Numbered from the stretch's first letter, positions 1 to 12,309 are shown. The stretch is 64,000 nt of DNA from Eledone cirrhosa (GCA_964016885.1 OZ024743.1:295244001-295308000); one strand, 5' to 3'. The notes: generated by a model from the letters alone, not told the origin. Numbers and translations are program-made.

Positions 1-186
1 TAGGAACCAGTAAGACCCCGACAGCTGAGCTCAAGCCGTTTCGACGGCTAATTCTAATTAGCCGTCGAAACGGCTTGAGCTCAGCTGTCGGGGTCTTACT
101 GGTTCCTATTACCCACTCTACTACCTCAAGTATTGAGTACTTTGGTGCGTTATGGTCCACCTGGTTCCTTACCACATTTCCTTCGT
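1..186. mobile_element. Fold-back element (perfect 53-bp inverted repeat, 1-53/56-108) containing the 3' half of a hammerhead ribozyme; likely PLE pLTR-derived; may extend left of the window
   Basis: Arms are exact reverse complements around a 2-nt CT loop; right arm reads stem II'-GAAA, stem III ACGGCT/AGCTGT, GTC triplet, GGGG; followed by (TA)n at about 187. Confidence 0.75.
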
Positions 187-206
187 TATATATATATATA
201 TACATA

Positions 207-553
207 TGCGCGGGGACATAGAAATAATCGAGCTGGATACCCGATCGCTTGGTTAAACCACTGGGAGAAAGGACCCCTAGCCTTTGTTAGGGCATTCTCC
301 TAGCAGAAGGGAACTCAGGAAACTGGGATAACTCCTACATAAAACCTGCAGCTCAGTAGTTACCTATGATGTGGATCTTTTCATCTTTTGGGGTTTTAAC
401 TACTGTCGCTCAGAAAGTGAGATTGGATCAGTGCAGTCTTACCTCACTTTAAAAAATCTTCATGCACAGGCATTGCACGATAGCATTAATTGATAATTAT
501 TAATAATGTTATATCGTGCAATACCATACTCGATTACGAGGGGGAAGTCATCA
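207..553 (+). mobile_element. RTE-derived non-autonomous retroelement, 3' half (copy 1)
   Basis: Colinear and highly similar to 862-1216; ends CCATACTCGATTACGAG then (TATG)n; internal stem TTGCACGATA...TATCGTGCAA. Confidence 0.6.
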
Positions 554-596
554 TGTGTATATGTATTCATGTATGTATGTATGTATGTATGTATAT

Positions 597-1216
597 GTCG
601 GGTCACTCTTGAGTGCTACTGGTAACATGTAACCCAGTACAACCTGTCGCATGGTCGGTCCGCCGGTGACTAAACCGGCAACCCCACGAAGTTTACTTGG
701 TGAGGAGTGTGATTTTGGACACCCTGCAGGACAAAAAACAAAACCTGACAAAGGGCGGAAGAACTCATAAGAGTCAACGGTCATCCAAAAGTGTGTAAAT
801 ATGTATATACACATGTACATATGTATGAATATGTGTATATACATGGGTGCATATATATACATGCGCGGAGACATGGAAATAATCGGGTTGTACACCCGAT
901 CGCGCAGTTAAACCACTAGGAGTGAAGGACCCCCAGCCTTTGTCAGGGCATTATTCTAGGAGAAGGCAACCTTATGAAACTGGGATAACTCCGATATAAA
1001 ACCTGCGGCTCAGTAGTTACCTATGATGTTGATCATTTCTTCTTTTCGGGTTATAGCTACTGTCACTCAGAGTGTGGGATTGGCTCAGTGCACAGACTTT
1101 CCTCACTTTAAAAAATATCATTACGCACAGGCATTGCATGATAGAATTAATTAATAATTATTAATAATCGTATATCGTGCAATGGCCATACTCGATAACG
1201 AGGGGGCAGCCATCAT
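597..1216 (+). mobile_element. RTE-derived non-autonomous retroelement (5' module 597-790, AT-rich spacer, 3' module 862-1216)
   Basis: 638-790 matches 42218-42373; 862-1216 duplicates 207-553; 3' tail TGGCCATACTCGATAACGAG resembles that at about 42757-42777. Confidence 0.6.
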
Positions 1217-1329
1217 GTATTTATATATGTATGTCTGTACTTATTCTTTTGCTGAAACATGGTGTTGGTAACACACATATGCAGAATCATACCATTGATG
1301 TGACACTTTCCAAAACCATGCCTTCCGAT

Positions 1330-1680
1330 TACAGTCTATGTGTTAAACTCTCGACCCACTACCATTAAAGTTACCCAGCACGATGACGTTCTGTGCCTGA
1401 GATATATTTTTATAACATGTTTCAAATCGTGGTAGAAAGATACTTTTTCCTCATCAATAGAATTTATAGTTGGAGTATACACAGTCGCCAGGGTCGCATA
1501 CCTTCCTTTATCCAACGGAATTCTCATGGACATAAGACGCTCACTAAACCCCACTGGGAATTCTTCCAACTTAAACACAAGAGCAGTCTTAACAGCAAAT
1601 GCTACTCGAGCCTCTCTTCTAATCCCTTCATCTCTCCCTTTCCAAAAGAATGTATATTTTCCACAAAATTCCTCTTAAGC
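1330..1680 (-). mobile_element. RTE-clade LINE fragment, APE endonuclease (degenerate)
   Basis: ORF 1336-1578 SERLMSMRIPLDKGRYATLATVYTPT...EEKVSFYHDL matches the RTE APE pattern (RLMxLRxPL...xxxYAPT...KxxFY). Confidence 0.75.
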
Positions 1681-2150
1681 TGAAATGATCGTAATAAATG
1701 GAGAAAGACTGTACATAAGGGAAAAGTTGCTTTTGAAGCATCTCGAATTGCATACGAGAAAGTGAAAAGAGATGTCAGGAAAGGCATTGCTGTTAGATTT
1801 CCAGACAGCGAAGGTCATCTTATGGCATTGACATGCAGCGTCTGTGCAAGACTCTGCCTCAGCAAAGCGGGACTCAAAAGTCATCTTGGCAGTCATATAG
1901 TGAGACCAGTGGTTGACTACCAGGCTGCTGTCGAAGATGCTACTCATCATATCTGTCAAGCATGTGAAAGAGAGCGTAGATCAGCAGGAGGGGTTAAACG
2001 ACATGTACAAGTACAGGAAAACCAGCCACAGTCAGCTATTGTCATCAATGGCAATAGCTGACTGTGGCTGGTCTTCTGTTTTTATCATCGTTGCCAACTC
2101 TTTTAGATCATTGGCTGGGCTAAAAAAGCTACATTCGATCGCAGCACCGT
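1680..2150 (+). mobile_element. RTE-clade LINE 3' end with C2H2-like zinc fingers
   Basis: DRNKWRKTV, then CSVCARLCLSKAGLKSH, CQACERERRSAGGVKRH and FRSLAGLK. Confidence 0.7.
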
Positions 2151-2209
2151 TAATCATTATAGATATAGTTGATTATTTTTGGGGAAGGGGGAGTTATCGT
2201 GCTTCAACA

Positions 2210-4210
2210 TGTATGTGCGCATGTTTCTCTTTCTCTTAATTTCGAATACATTTTTGACTGGCCACCTTTCTGGTGACAAGGTTGCAAAAGAAAAGAAATT
2301 GTCATCCCTTGAATCGGAAGAATGTTTTGCAAATTTTGAAGGTGCCAAATATCACAACTATTTGTAGTCTATGAATTAGGCAGCTGCGCTCTTTGTCCAC
2401 ATACACAATTTCAGTCATACATTGGACCAAGCGGGTTGGTATATAACCTGTAGCTCCAGTAATGATGGGTATGAAGCTGAAGGAGTATCTTGGATATTGG
2501 ATCTGCAAACTCCCCATCAATGGTCCGTAGATGTCCTCCTTCTGTATTTTTCTTAAAACGTTGGCATCAAGAGGGCAGCGGATCTCTAAAACAGTGCACG
2601 TTTTCAGTGTGTGGTGCCAAACAACAATATCAAGCCGGTTGTGCTTCAATTTGGTGGCAGTTTTTATTTTCAGGTTCCACCAGTATTCTTTAGTGCCATC
2701 TATCTCAACATATTCCTCCTCATTTGTTTTTAGTTTTGTTTCCTTAAGTGTGTTCCGGATGGTTCTAGCTATCCCATTGTGTCTCAGTTAGCATTCATTC
2801 ACAGTTGGCAACAATGTAGCTAACATCTTTGATCTTTGTTTTACCCTAACACTAACATTAATCCTAACCCTACATGTATTGTCCACTGATGGCCCTCCTT
2901 TTTGTGTAGCAGATATTTCGTAGGGATTTCTTGTTCCTGTGTTGCATAGAGATATCCTTTAATGTGGGATGTCATAAACTTGTCGAAACTCCATGCTAGG
3001 TTTTTGGAATGATTTATCCCCTCTATTGTCTGTGTTTTTCGTTTCAGATATCCATGCACAACTTTCTCTGTAAATTGTTCCAGTTTGATATCTTGTTCGA
3101 GCATTGATCTTCCAATTTTCATGGGAGATAGATTTATATCACGCCTTATACCATATCTCTCCTCCAGAACAGTGACTATCCTAACGATATTATTTCCTTC
3201 AGAGGGCGGTGAATTGGCAGTATCGGTAGAGCGTCAGACACCATGCTTTACAGCATAGAGTGATGGCCTTTTACGTTCTGAGTTCAAATCCCGTCGAGGT
3301 TAACTTTGCCTTTCATCCTTACGGGGTCGATAAAATAAAGTAACAGTAATGCACAAGGATAATTGCTGGCCTTGTGCCAAAAGTAGAAACAATTATTTTC
3401 TTCATGTTCATAAACCTGTTGAGGATGTTGCTGCAGTGTTACTATCAGAGTTATTATGATGTTAATATGGATTTTAGACCGCGGCCACCTACCTTGCGTA
3501 AGAAGTATAGCCTATCTACATCACCATTTATGTTAAAGTTTCCAGTAATACTGAGAAGCTTGCGACTTCTTACATTCATCTCATTTAGTTCTTCTTGCAA
3601 TGACCAATTCAGCAAGCCGAATGTTGCCGTTAGGATTGGCACAACATAAATATTGTGGGCAATGTATTTGTGGCAAAAACATAAATATTGTGGGCAATGT
3701 ATTTGTATGCTGATAGTTCTAATGCCCTTATTTTCTTTACTTTCCTGAGTTATTCAGTTCTGGTTCTCTCCTTTTTATGGGTCCATCATATCAGACATTC
3801 TCACCTGTCCAAGATATCTGTAGTTGTCACCTGACTGTAGATGTTCTATTGTCAAGCCGTTCTCCTCTAGTTTTCCAGAGGAGAGCACAACCCTTCTATG
3901 ATTTACTGTCAAATTTGTACATTTGGACTCACCAAATTTCATTCTGTGTAATAACGTCCAATCTTTTTTTATATAGTCGGTATTTGGCCCATACAACTTC
4001 AGGTCATCAACAAAGAAAAGATGGGAGATACTTCTGGACCCACTTCTATGACCACTTTGTTTTGTGAGCAGGTATGATAGTGGGTTTAGTGAGAAGATAA
4101 AGAGCAGCACTGATAAGCTATCACCCTGAAAGATGCCTTTCTGGTAGTGTATTGTGTCAGTCTTAATTTGGTCCGTCTCACCCCTAAGGATCAAATTGGT
4201 CAGGTGTTCA
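2210..4210 (-). mobile_element. 5'-truncated, frameshifted R4/Dong-clade non-LTR retrotransposon (RT plus restriction-like endonuclease)
   Basis: GIFQGDSLS and HLFFVDDLKLY (RT); DVDRLYFLRKVGGRGL; KHNRLDIVVW...VLEIRCPLD...KEDIY (RLE); interrupted by a SINE at 3202-3397. Confidence 0.9.
3202..3397 (+). mobile_element. tRNA-derived SINE, octopus OK/Nin-domain type
   Basis: A box TGGCAGTATCGG, B box GAGTTCAAATCC, Nin-like core GCCTTTCATCCTTACGGGGTCGATAAAAT, tail GGCCTTGTGCCAAAAGTAGAAACAATT; possible TSD ATTATTTYCTTC. Confidence 0.85.
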
Positions 4211-4225
4211 ATAGCAGCTACTAGT

Positions 4226-4261
4226 TGTATGTGTGTGTGTGTGTGTGTATGTGTGTGTGTG

Positions 4262-4309
<48 letters not shown>

Positions 4310-4338
4310 CGCGCGCATGTGACAGAGAGAGAGAGAGA
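4226..4338. repeat. Compound microsatellite (TG)n(CG)n(AG)n
   Basis: Seen directly. Confidence 0.95.
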
Positions 4339-4339
4339 T

Positions 4340-5380
4340 TATGTGTTTGTTATGTCTGCATATATACCTATTGGATAACCGAGGCTGCACGAATACTATA
4401 TAAATATACAAATATATAACATGTAGACATGGAAGAATGCCAGAAAATAAGAATTTCACTATAAATTGTAAAAAATAAATATTGATCACCACATTTAATT
4501 GATTTTGGACATAGTGGCGTCTTGATCAGAAGTTATATATATCATCGAAACGACCACAAGATAACACGTATGTCATGAGCATATATACCCATTCACACTT
4601 AGTAGTATTCTTAAATGGACGCACCAACTCCATATAATTAACACTCGTGTTGGTACTTGATTAAGAAGTGCGTTATGCAGCCGAAGTGCACGGTAATGTT
4701 ATATCAGTATATAGAGAAAGCTGTTAACCAAACTATGCCAATATGTATATAAATATATACATTTTTAACATGCTGACATGTAAAAATGTCAGAAAATACG
4801 AATTTGCCTATAGACTGTAGAAAAAAATGATAAATATATACAATGAATTTCCAGACCAATTTGGGTTTTCATTTGAAGGAGTGTAAATTATCTAATTAAT
4901 CAGTAATAAACACGTGTTTGACGGATTTATATACCCATTGAAAATAAATAGTATTCTGAAATGGATTTACGAATTTGCATATAATTAGCGCTCATGTTGA
5001 TAGTTAATTCAAATATAGATTAAGAAAAACGCTTGCAGCCGATGTGTACGGTAAAGTTATATCTGTATATATACAGGGTGGGTAACCGAGACTGCGCTAA
5101 ATTATATGTAATATACACATTTCTAATATGCTAGTTTGTACGTCCATTTCATAATAGTACAAAGTGTGAATAGGTATAAAACCCATTAAATACGTGTTTC
5201 GTTGTTGTTTAGATGATATATGCGCCTTCTGACAACTAGGTGCCAAAATTGATTGAAAGTGTTTAGAATTTTTTCAACTTACGGGGAAATTCATTTTATC
5301 TGGCATGTTTATATATCTACATTTTTACAATGTATATATTTATATATGCATTGCCGCAGTCTCGGTTATCTACTGTTTAT
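4340..5380. repeat. Degenerate ~355-bp tandem repeat (about 2.3 units) ending in an inverted copy; MITE-like at 5070-5380
   Basis: CAGAAAATAMGAATTT recurs at about 4441 and 4790; GCAGCCGAWGTGYACGGTAA at about 4677 and 5035; TAACCGAGACTGCG at 5083 is inverted at about 5355-5368. Confidence 0.6.
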
Positions 5381-6454
5381 ATTTATTCTCATAATGACAT
5401 TGCCGGACCTCTGAATCGGGCTATTTTCATAATTGTCAAAGTGTTTTTTACTACCCAATTACTCTCATAAATTAAGGGTCAACTGAGAATGTGTTAAAAT
5501 GATTGTTGTCCAAGATGCACATCTTGTGACCGAAGCGGGTACCTCATGATTGTGTTGTGTGGGGAGCATCTTTACACATATGGCCACGTATTTTTAGTTC
5601 ACAATAAATGTAAGAAAGTTCGAGATATTTTAAAGAATAATCATCTAAGTATGTGGCAAAAAAGGTTTTATGAAGAAGCATCTATCATTCCAAGAATTAA
5701 CAACATTTCAAATGAACTCGAAGAATACGAAAATATAGCGATGTAACCCGATTCGTGCTCAGTGACCATATTATGAATAAAGGCAAGCATGAAGCTATAT
5801 GAAATGTGTTTATTTTGTGCTGATTTTGTTTTGTGGTCACATCACAGTTCCCTCAACAAAGGGGTTAGACAGGGTGTATTTATATATCGTTACACTTTGC
5901 CAACACCCGCTTACTGATATTTATACCATGTCATCTGTGCGTAAGTAAGCGAGAGATGACTAACAGCAACGTCTGTGAAACACATTTATACACAGTTCTT
6001 ACAAACATATGATTATATCAGCTCAAAACAATATTATTTTACGTCTATCACACGTAGGCGTATTGTATATGCATCAAAATACGTATTTAATATGAAGTAC
6101 ACTGTGTTAGCTAAGTAAGATATTAATATATATTTATTAAATAATCTATTTCTAGTTCCTTAAATTCATACGCACCTAAATATAATGTATCTATGTGTAT
6201 GGGTATTGGTGAGAGAATTAACAGACAATAGAGTCTATGTTTACACCCATGGGGTTCAGTTATTAGCTCCGAACTATAAATTCCAATAACTTCACACAAA
6301 CATAAATTCTTTGCAAACTTTTCAATTGCAGCAATTTTGAATAGTATCGCAAACGCTAAAGATACAATATGCTTTTATATATGATGTTATTGTTATAATT
6401 TGCTAAGCGGAACTAGAACATTTTACCAAGTGTCACAATGAAGCCATATAGATT

Positions 6455-6565
<111 letters not shown>

Positions 6566-6645
6566 TATATAGCTCAAGAAGACAACAAACAGAGGTACAA
6601 TAAATCTTACTAGTTTCACGATTTATAAAGAAAAAGGGAAATAAA

Positions 6646-6681
6646 GTTCGACATGTCGGGCTTTAGCCCTTCTTCAGGAGT
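6646..6681 (-). ncRNA. Degenerate minimal type-I hammerhead ribozyme in a PLE pLTR remnant (about 6570-6690)
   Basis: Minus strand ACTC-CTGAAGA-A-GGGC-TAAA-GCCC-GACA-TGTC-GAAC; GAAA mutated to GACA. Confidence 0.6.
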
Positions 6682-6689
6682 CCAAAGGA

Positions 6690-6764
6690 AAAAATTCAGG
6701 TGGTCCACAGGAAAAAATTACTTATTTTGGTGGTCCACAGCGAAAAAAAGTTTGAGAAACTCTG
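6690..6764. mobile_element. Terminal fragment of a hAT (Charlie-like) MITE
   Basis: Ends AAAAAAAGTTTGAGAAACTCTG (revcomp CAGAGTTTCTCAAACTTTT, Charlie-type TIR) with duplicated subterminal GGTGGTCCACAG. Confidence 0.55.
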
Positions 6765-6874
6765 ATGTAGGAGACGATGTTGTGAAGTTATCGGGAAGTG
6801 ACCATAGTTAAAAAAGGTAATCAATACGTTAGTAGAGAATAGGTTTCTTTATTTATATAGATTTAACTTTCTTT

Positions 6875-6917
6875 CCTCCTCCTCCTCCCCCTCCTCCTCC
6901 TCCTCCTCCTCCTCCTC

Positions 6918-6961
<44 letters not shown>

Positions 6962-6970
6962 GCTGCTCTG

Positions 6971-7044
<74 letters not shown>

Positions 7045-7076
7045 GCTACTACTACTACTGCTACTACTACTACTAC

Positions 7077-7120
<44 letters not shown>
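6875..7120. repeat. Compound (CCT)n(ACT)n microsatellite
   Basis: Seen directly; source of the poly-S/V/G ORF. Confidence 0.95.
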
Positions 7121-7122
<2 letters not shown>

Positions 7123-7309
7123 CTTCCTCACCCCTCCTATAACCCTCCCTCACCTTTCTCAATATCAACCCTAAAGAAACAATAAATAATGATAGCGACC
7201 AATTTTATCTGACTTTCATATAATTTCATACAAATGAAACAGTTCCAGATCTGTAGTGGACTTAAATGAAAAAGTCTTACAGATCTTGACTAGTAGCTTC
7301 CTATGCTTA

Positions 7310-7634
7310 TCTATATGTGATATATATATATATATATATATACACATGTGTATCTATCTATCGGTCTCTCCCTCTCTTTCTCTTCCCTCTTTCTCTCTGT
7401 ATATATAGAGAGAGAGGGAGGAGAGAAAAAGAGAGAAAGAGACCGATAGATAGATACACATATATCTATATATATAGAGAGAGATACGAATCAGATGTTA
7501 CTACTCAAACTCAGTAGGAATTATTCGTCTATATGTTATATAGTATATATATATAGTATATGATATATGTAGAGTATTATATCATATATAGAAATGATTT
7601 TTATATGTATATAGATATATGTGTATCTATCATA

Positions 7635-7696
<62 letters not shown>

Positions 7697-7880
7697 GCCC
7701 TCTCTCGCCCTCTCTCTCTCTATATATATATATATATTGTGAGAGAGGTAGAGTGAGTGAGAGATGGAGAGGAGAGAGCGAAAGTGAAAAAGAGAGAGAC
7801 CGATAGACACATATATCTATATACAGAAAGATAATGATGAGATAGTTATTACTCAAGCCCATTAAGACTTATTCGGCTAG
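7310..7880. repeat. Two tandem copies of a (CT)n-(TA)n-(AG)n palindromic unit with a shared non-repetitive tail
   Basis: Both have TATCGGTCTCT...AGAGACCGATA and tails GTTACTACTCAAACTCAGTAGGAATTATTCGTCTA / GTTATTACTCAAGCCCATTAAGACTTATTCGGCTAG. Confidence 0.6.
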
Positions 7881-8624
7881 GCACTCTACGCATTTAATAA
7901 AATAGAGTGTGAGTATTAATATAACTGGTTAAACCTTTACAGATTGAACTCAACGGTGAACGAAAAAATCATAACAATGCTGTTAAATAACCCTACAATT
8001 TTGTACCCCTTCCTTAAATATTTCATACATCTAAGTACACATTTTCTATTCTTTTCGCTTACATATTGCTTTAACGAATATTTAAACTTCTATCTTCATA
8101 TAATATCACTCATGTCGTACCTGACCGTGTATTACATATGGGCTATTGGCCCTGGTATCTGCATTCAGAACTCAGAGAACCGTAAGGAATAATATGAGGC
8201 AGTCAGACATTTTAACGACTACCATTTCGTCACCAAGACTTATAGAAGTATGAAAGATTTAAGCATTAGTTTACACTCGTTTTACTTTTAAAATGTATTT
8301 TCCCGTACATCATATAGAAGGCGCATTCAGCCCCCCCCCCCCTTCCGCATGGAATGTGTTTTCTAAGAGTTTTCATTCTGGGCGTCCCCATAATGATTTC
8401 AATTCAAATAAAGTAATAACATTCTATAATATTAAAGTGTCAAATTAAGAACGCTTGAGGTATGTGTCGAAAAATAGATTTTTCAAACTTATATCACGAT
8501 TAATTATTCCAAAAGAATCTAACCTTATGCACCTACATTCTCATACAAAGACTTTCGATACCTCTCTATACATATATTAATTTCTTTAAACATGTTCCTC
8601 TCTCCTTCTTTATGGCTCTATATC

Positions 8625-8673
8625 ATATGAACATTCATATACATATATATAGACATAAACATACTCGCACGAA

Positions 8674-8749
<76 letters not shown>

Positions 8750-8798
8750 AATATATATATAAGTGTATGTAATGTATGTAAATATACATACATATGGA

Positions 8799-8836
<38 letters not shown>

Positions 8837-9104
8837 TACATAATACAAACATATATATATATATATACATATATACATAATACAAACATACATATATACA
8901 TATATAAATTCATACATACAAATATACATATATGCATACATAAATGCATACATACACACATATATATATATGCACACATACATATATCCATACATAGATA
9001 CATTCATACATATATACATACATACAAACATATATAGATGTACACATACATAGATACATACATATATACATAGATACATTCATACATTACGTGCATACAT
9101 ACTT

Positions 9105-9169
<65 letters not shown>

Positions 9170-9200
9170 GAGAGTCATAGATAGAAAGATAGAGAGAGAG
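8625..9200. repeat. (CA)n/(TA)n/(CATA)n low-complexity tract
   Basis: Seen directly. Confidence 0.95.
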
Positions 9201-9607
9201 TAAAAGGCACATAAACACAAAACCTCCCTCCGTCTCCTGTTGTTCTGTGTTTATGTGTACATTAATAAGTTACTGTGCGTGTTTTGTGAAAACATCTCAA
9301 CTTTTAATGAAAGATCAATTTTGAAAGTCAATTCATTGCAACATAATTCAACCTAAATCTAGCTGTCTATATTCTAATATAAACTAGTTATTATCGGCTC
9401 TGATAAGCAATAATGAGACAATTATAACACGGCTCTTCGAGACTAACCTTTTACCTATTTTAATATTCATGAATCCTCGTGAAAACTAGAGACGCACGGT
9501 AGCAAAAGATCAGATTGCAATTAGGCAAACAATTGTGAAAATCTATCATTTCACAGTTTTCGTCTCTTAATATATTCAGTTATTCAATGAGTATCTATCT
9601 ACCTCTA

Positions 9608-10057
<450 letters not shown>

Positions 10058-10058
<1 letters not shown>

Positions 10059-10380
10059 ATTGTTATAGTTTGGAAGGGTCATGCTACAAATAAAAACTCA
10101 CGCACCTGTGATATTCACTTCAATTAGTTACAAATTTCCGGTTGGTTGGTTTATTTATTTATACATGATGGTTGTTTATTTATTGTCAAAGCTCTTTCGT
10201 CACACATTCTATGACCATCCGGTTATTAAAGCAACCAACAGGAAATTTAAAATAAATTGAAGTGAAAACTATTATGTACGTGCGCTTTTTTTTGTAAACT
10301 GACCCTCCTAAAATATAACAATATCTATTTCAACGGACGTTTTCAGATAAATCTTGCAAAACAAATACAATACCGAATTA
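10058..10380. mobile_element. Fold-back pLTR-derived element, family A (older copy, HHR 5' core lost)
   Basis: Arms TATTGTTATAGTTTGGAAGGGTCA / TGACCCTCCTAAAATATAACAATA; homologous to 25000-25508; left arm stops at the revcomp of HHR stem II (CACACATTCTATGACC, 10216); (TA)n both sides. Confidence 0.75.
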
Positions 10381-10394
10381 TATATATATATATA

Positions 10395-10448
<54 letters not shown>

Positions 10449-10480
10449 TGTGTGTGTGTTCGTGTGTGTCCGTATGTATA

Positions 10481-10544
<64 letters not shown>

Positions 10545-11601
10545 TATATATATATACATGAAAAGTATAGAAATTGTTGTAGCGAGAAGCTAACAGTATT
10601 CCATAACATATATGCGACTATAGCATCAAAATGGGAAAATAGTTAACATAAGATATGGGAAAAATAATTCAGACTCAATTTAAAAGGAATCAGGATATAG
10701 ATTTATCCAACAGAATTTAGAGAAATCCAGGGAAAAATCATTAGAGCCTTAACTCATGATAAAACAAAGTCTAAAGTACTCAACCTTCAATTTGGGACAA
10801 CTTCGAATGCTCTGTATAGTCTTGAAAAGACTATTTCACGAAAACTTTCAGTGGAGATGGTCACGGTTGGATTTCGTTCCTCAGCAGAGCTCAACATGGT
10901 AACCAAGGTCTCACTGGTAATATGCCAAAAAGGCAATTTAAAAGCAGGATAGTTTAACATCATGCGTGGTTATTAAATTAAACGCACATGTGTAAAAACA
11001 GGACTGGTGACGTCAGAATGAGACAAGTATATATATATATATTTATATATATATATATATAGTAATATACACAATTGCAAGATATATCTGTGGATTTTAA
11101 AGAAATCTCTGATGCAAATAAGTAAACATCCTGTCATTGTATACGATTCTTTCATTGTAATTTTCAAAGATTCGCTTAGAAGGATGCTCAGTAGTTAACC
11201 ACCATCTTTATTAATTCACCTCATAAGAGATAACCACCAATATATTTTAATAGTTTATAGTAATCCTATAATTTCACAGGCCTCATTTCTTTTAAATCAT
11301 AATAGATTTAAACTTCCATGCTTGAAATACATCCGTCAGCAATGTAGGCATTCTTACTGAACAGGGGATTTCTTCCTTTGTATCGCGTAGTGATATTATA
11401 AGTCACCATCATCATCATTTATCGTCATACGACTGCTATGCAGCTGGATACAGTATACCTACAGCTAGCATGATCTTGAGAAAAACCAGTTTGTGTTTGT
11501 TTGTTTTTGTTTTTTTTGTATTTTTTTGTTACCTAACAACCTGTAAGTATCATCGCCATTTATAACGTAGACATACAATACAACAGGAGGAAACATAATA
11601 G

Positions 11602-11645
11602 TACCACTGATGATGTTGCACATGTGCAACGAAAGAACTTTGATA
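11602..11645 (+). ncRNA. Minimal type-I hammerhead ribozyme, family-A-related unit (about 11560-11840)
   Basis: TACCA-CTGATGA-T-GTTGCAC-AT-GTGCAAC-GAAA-GAACTT-TGATA; downstream ATGACCCTCCCCAAATATAA matches the family-A end. Confidence 0.75.
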
Positions 11646-11842
11646 GACTATATATATATATTTATATCTGTATTTTTAACCGTTGGTCAATCAACACTGA
11701 TTACCAAATAAATTAACTATGGAGATTTAAAGAAAAAGAAGCGAAAACCAACCAAACAGTGAATGTGTTCTGTTATTATTTTTGGCAATATTATTACAAA
11801 ATTATTACAACAATATGACCCTCCCCAAATATAAGAAAAAAA

Positions 11843-11984
<142 letters not shown>

Positions 11985-12309
11985 ACCAGACCCTATAGAA
12001 GTCATGTCTATAGTGGTTTACGCGTATACCTTTTGTAAATAGTGATACGTATTTTCGATATAGAGTATAACTACCCTTTAAAAAATGACAGAATATTTCT
12101 TTAAGGTTAAATTGTCTAGATTACATATCAAAAGTCTCGTAAATGTATAATTATAAGCATCAATATAAATACCCAGAACAAACAGGAGAGTTTAGATAGA
12201 TATTTAGTTTCCTTTCTCCAAAGAATTGAATTCGTTTCTTACAAAAATCTTTCAATTGCATATATATTATATACGTTTACACTTTCGTATATAGGTGATT
12301 CTATGTAAT

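Noticed and set aside
1762-2061. C2H2 zinc-finger ORF as a host ZNF gene
   Set aside because: Preceded by the RTE DRxxWR motif and lacks TGEKP linkers; it is a LINE C-terminus
3202-3300. tRNA gene
   Set aside because: A/B boxes belong to a SINE head; no cloverleaf, continues into SINE body
3646-3705. Direct repeat AACATAAATATTGTGGGCAATGTATTTGT twice, CRISPR-like
   Set aside because: Only two copies, local duplication within a LINE, eukaryotic context, no cas genes
6853-7131. Poly-S/V/G ORF (and poly-L/Q/R ORFs at 52038-52511)
   Set aside because: Trinucleotide repeats without stop codons; no gene context
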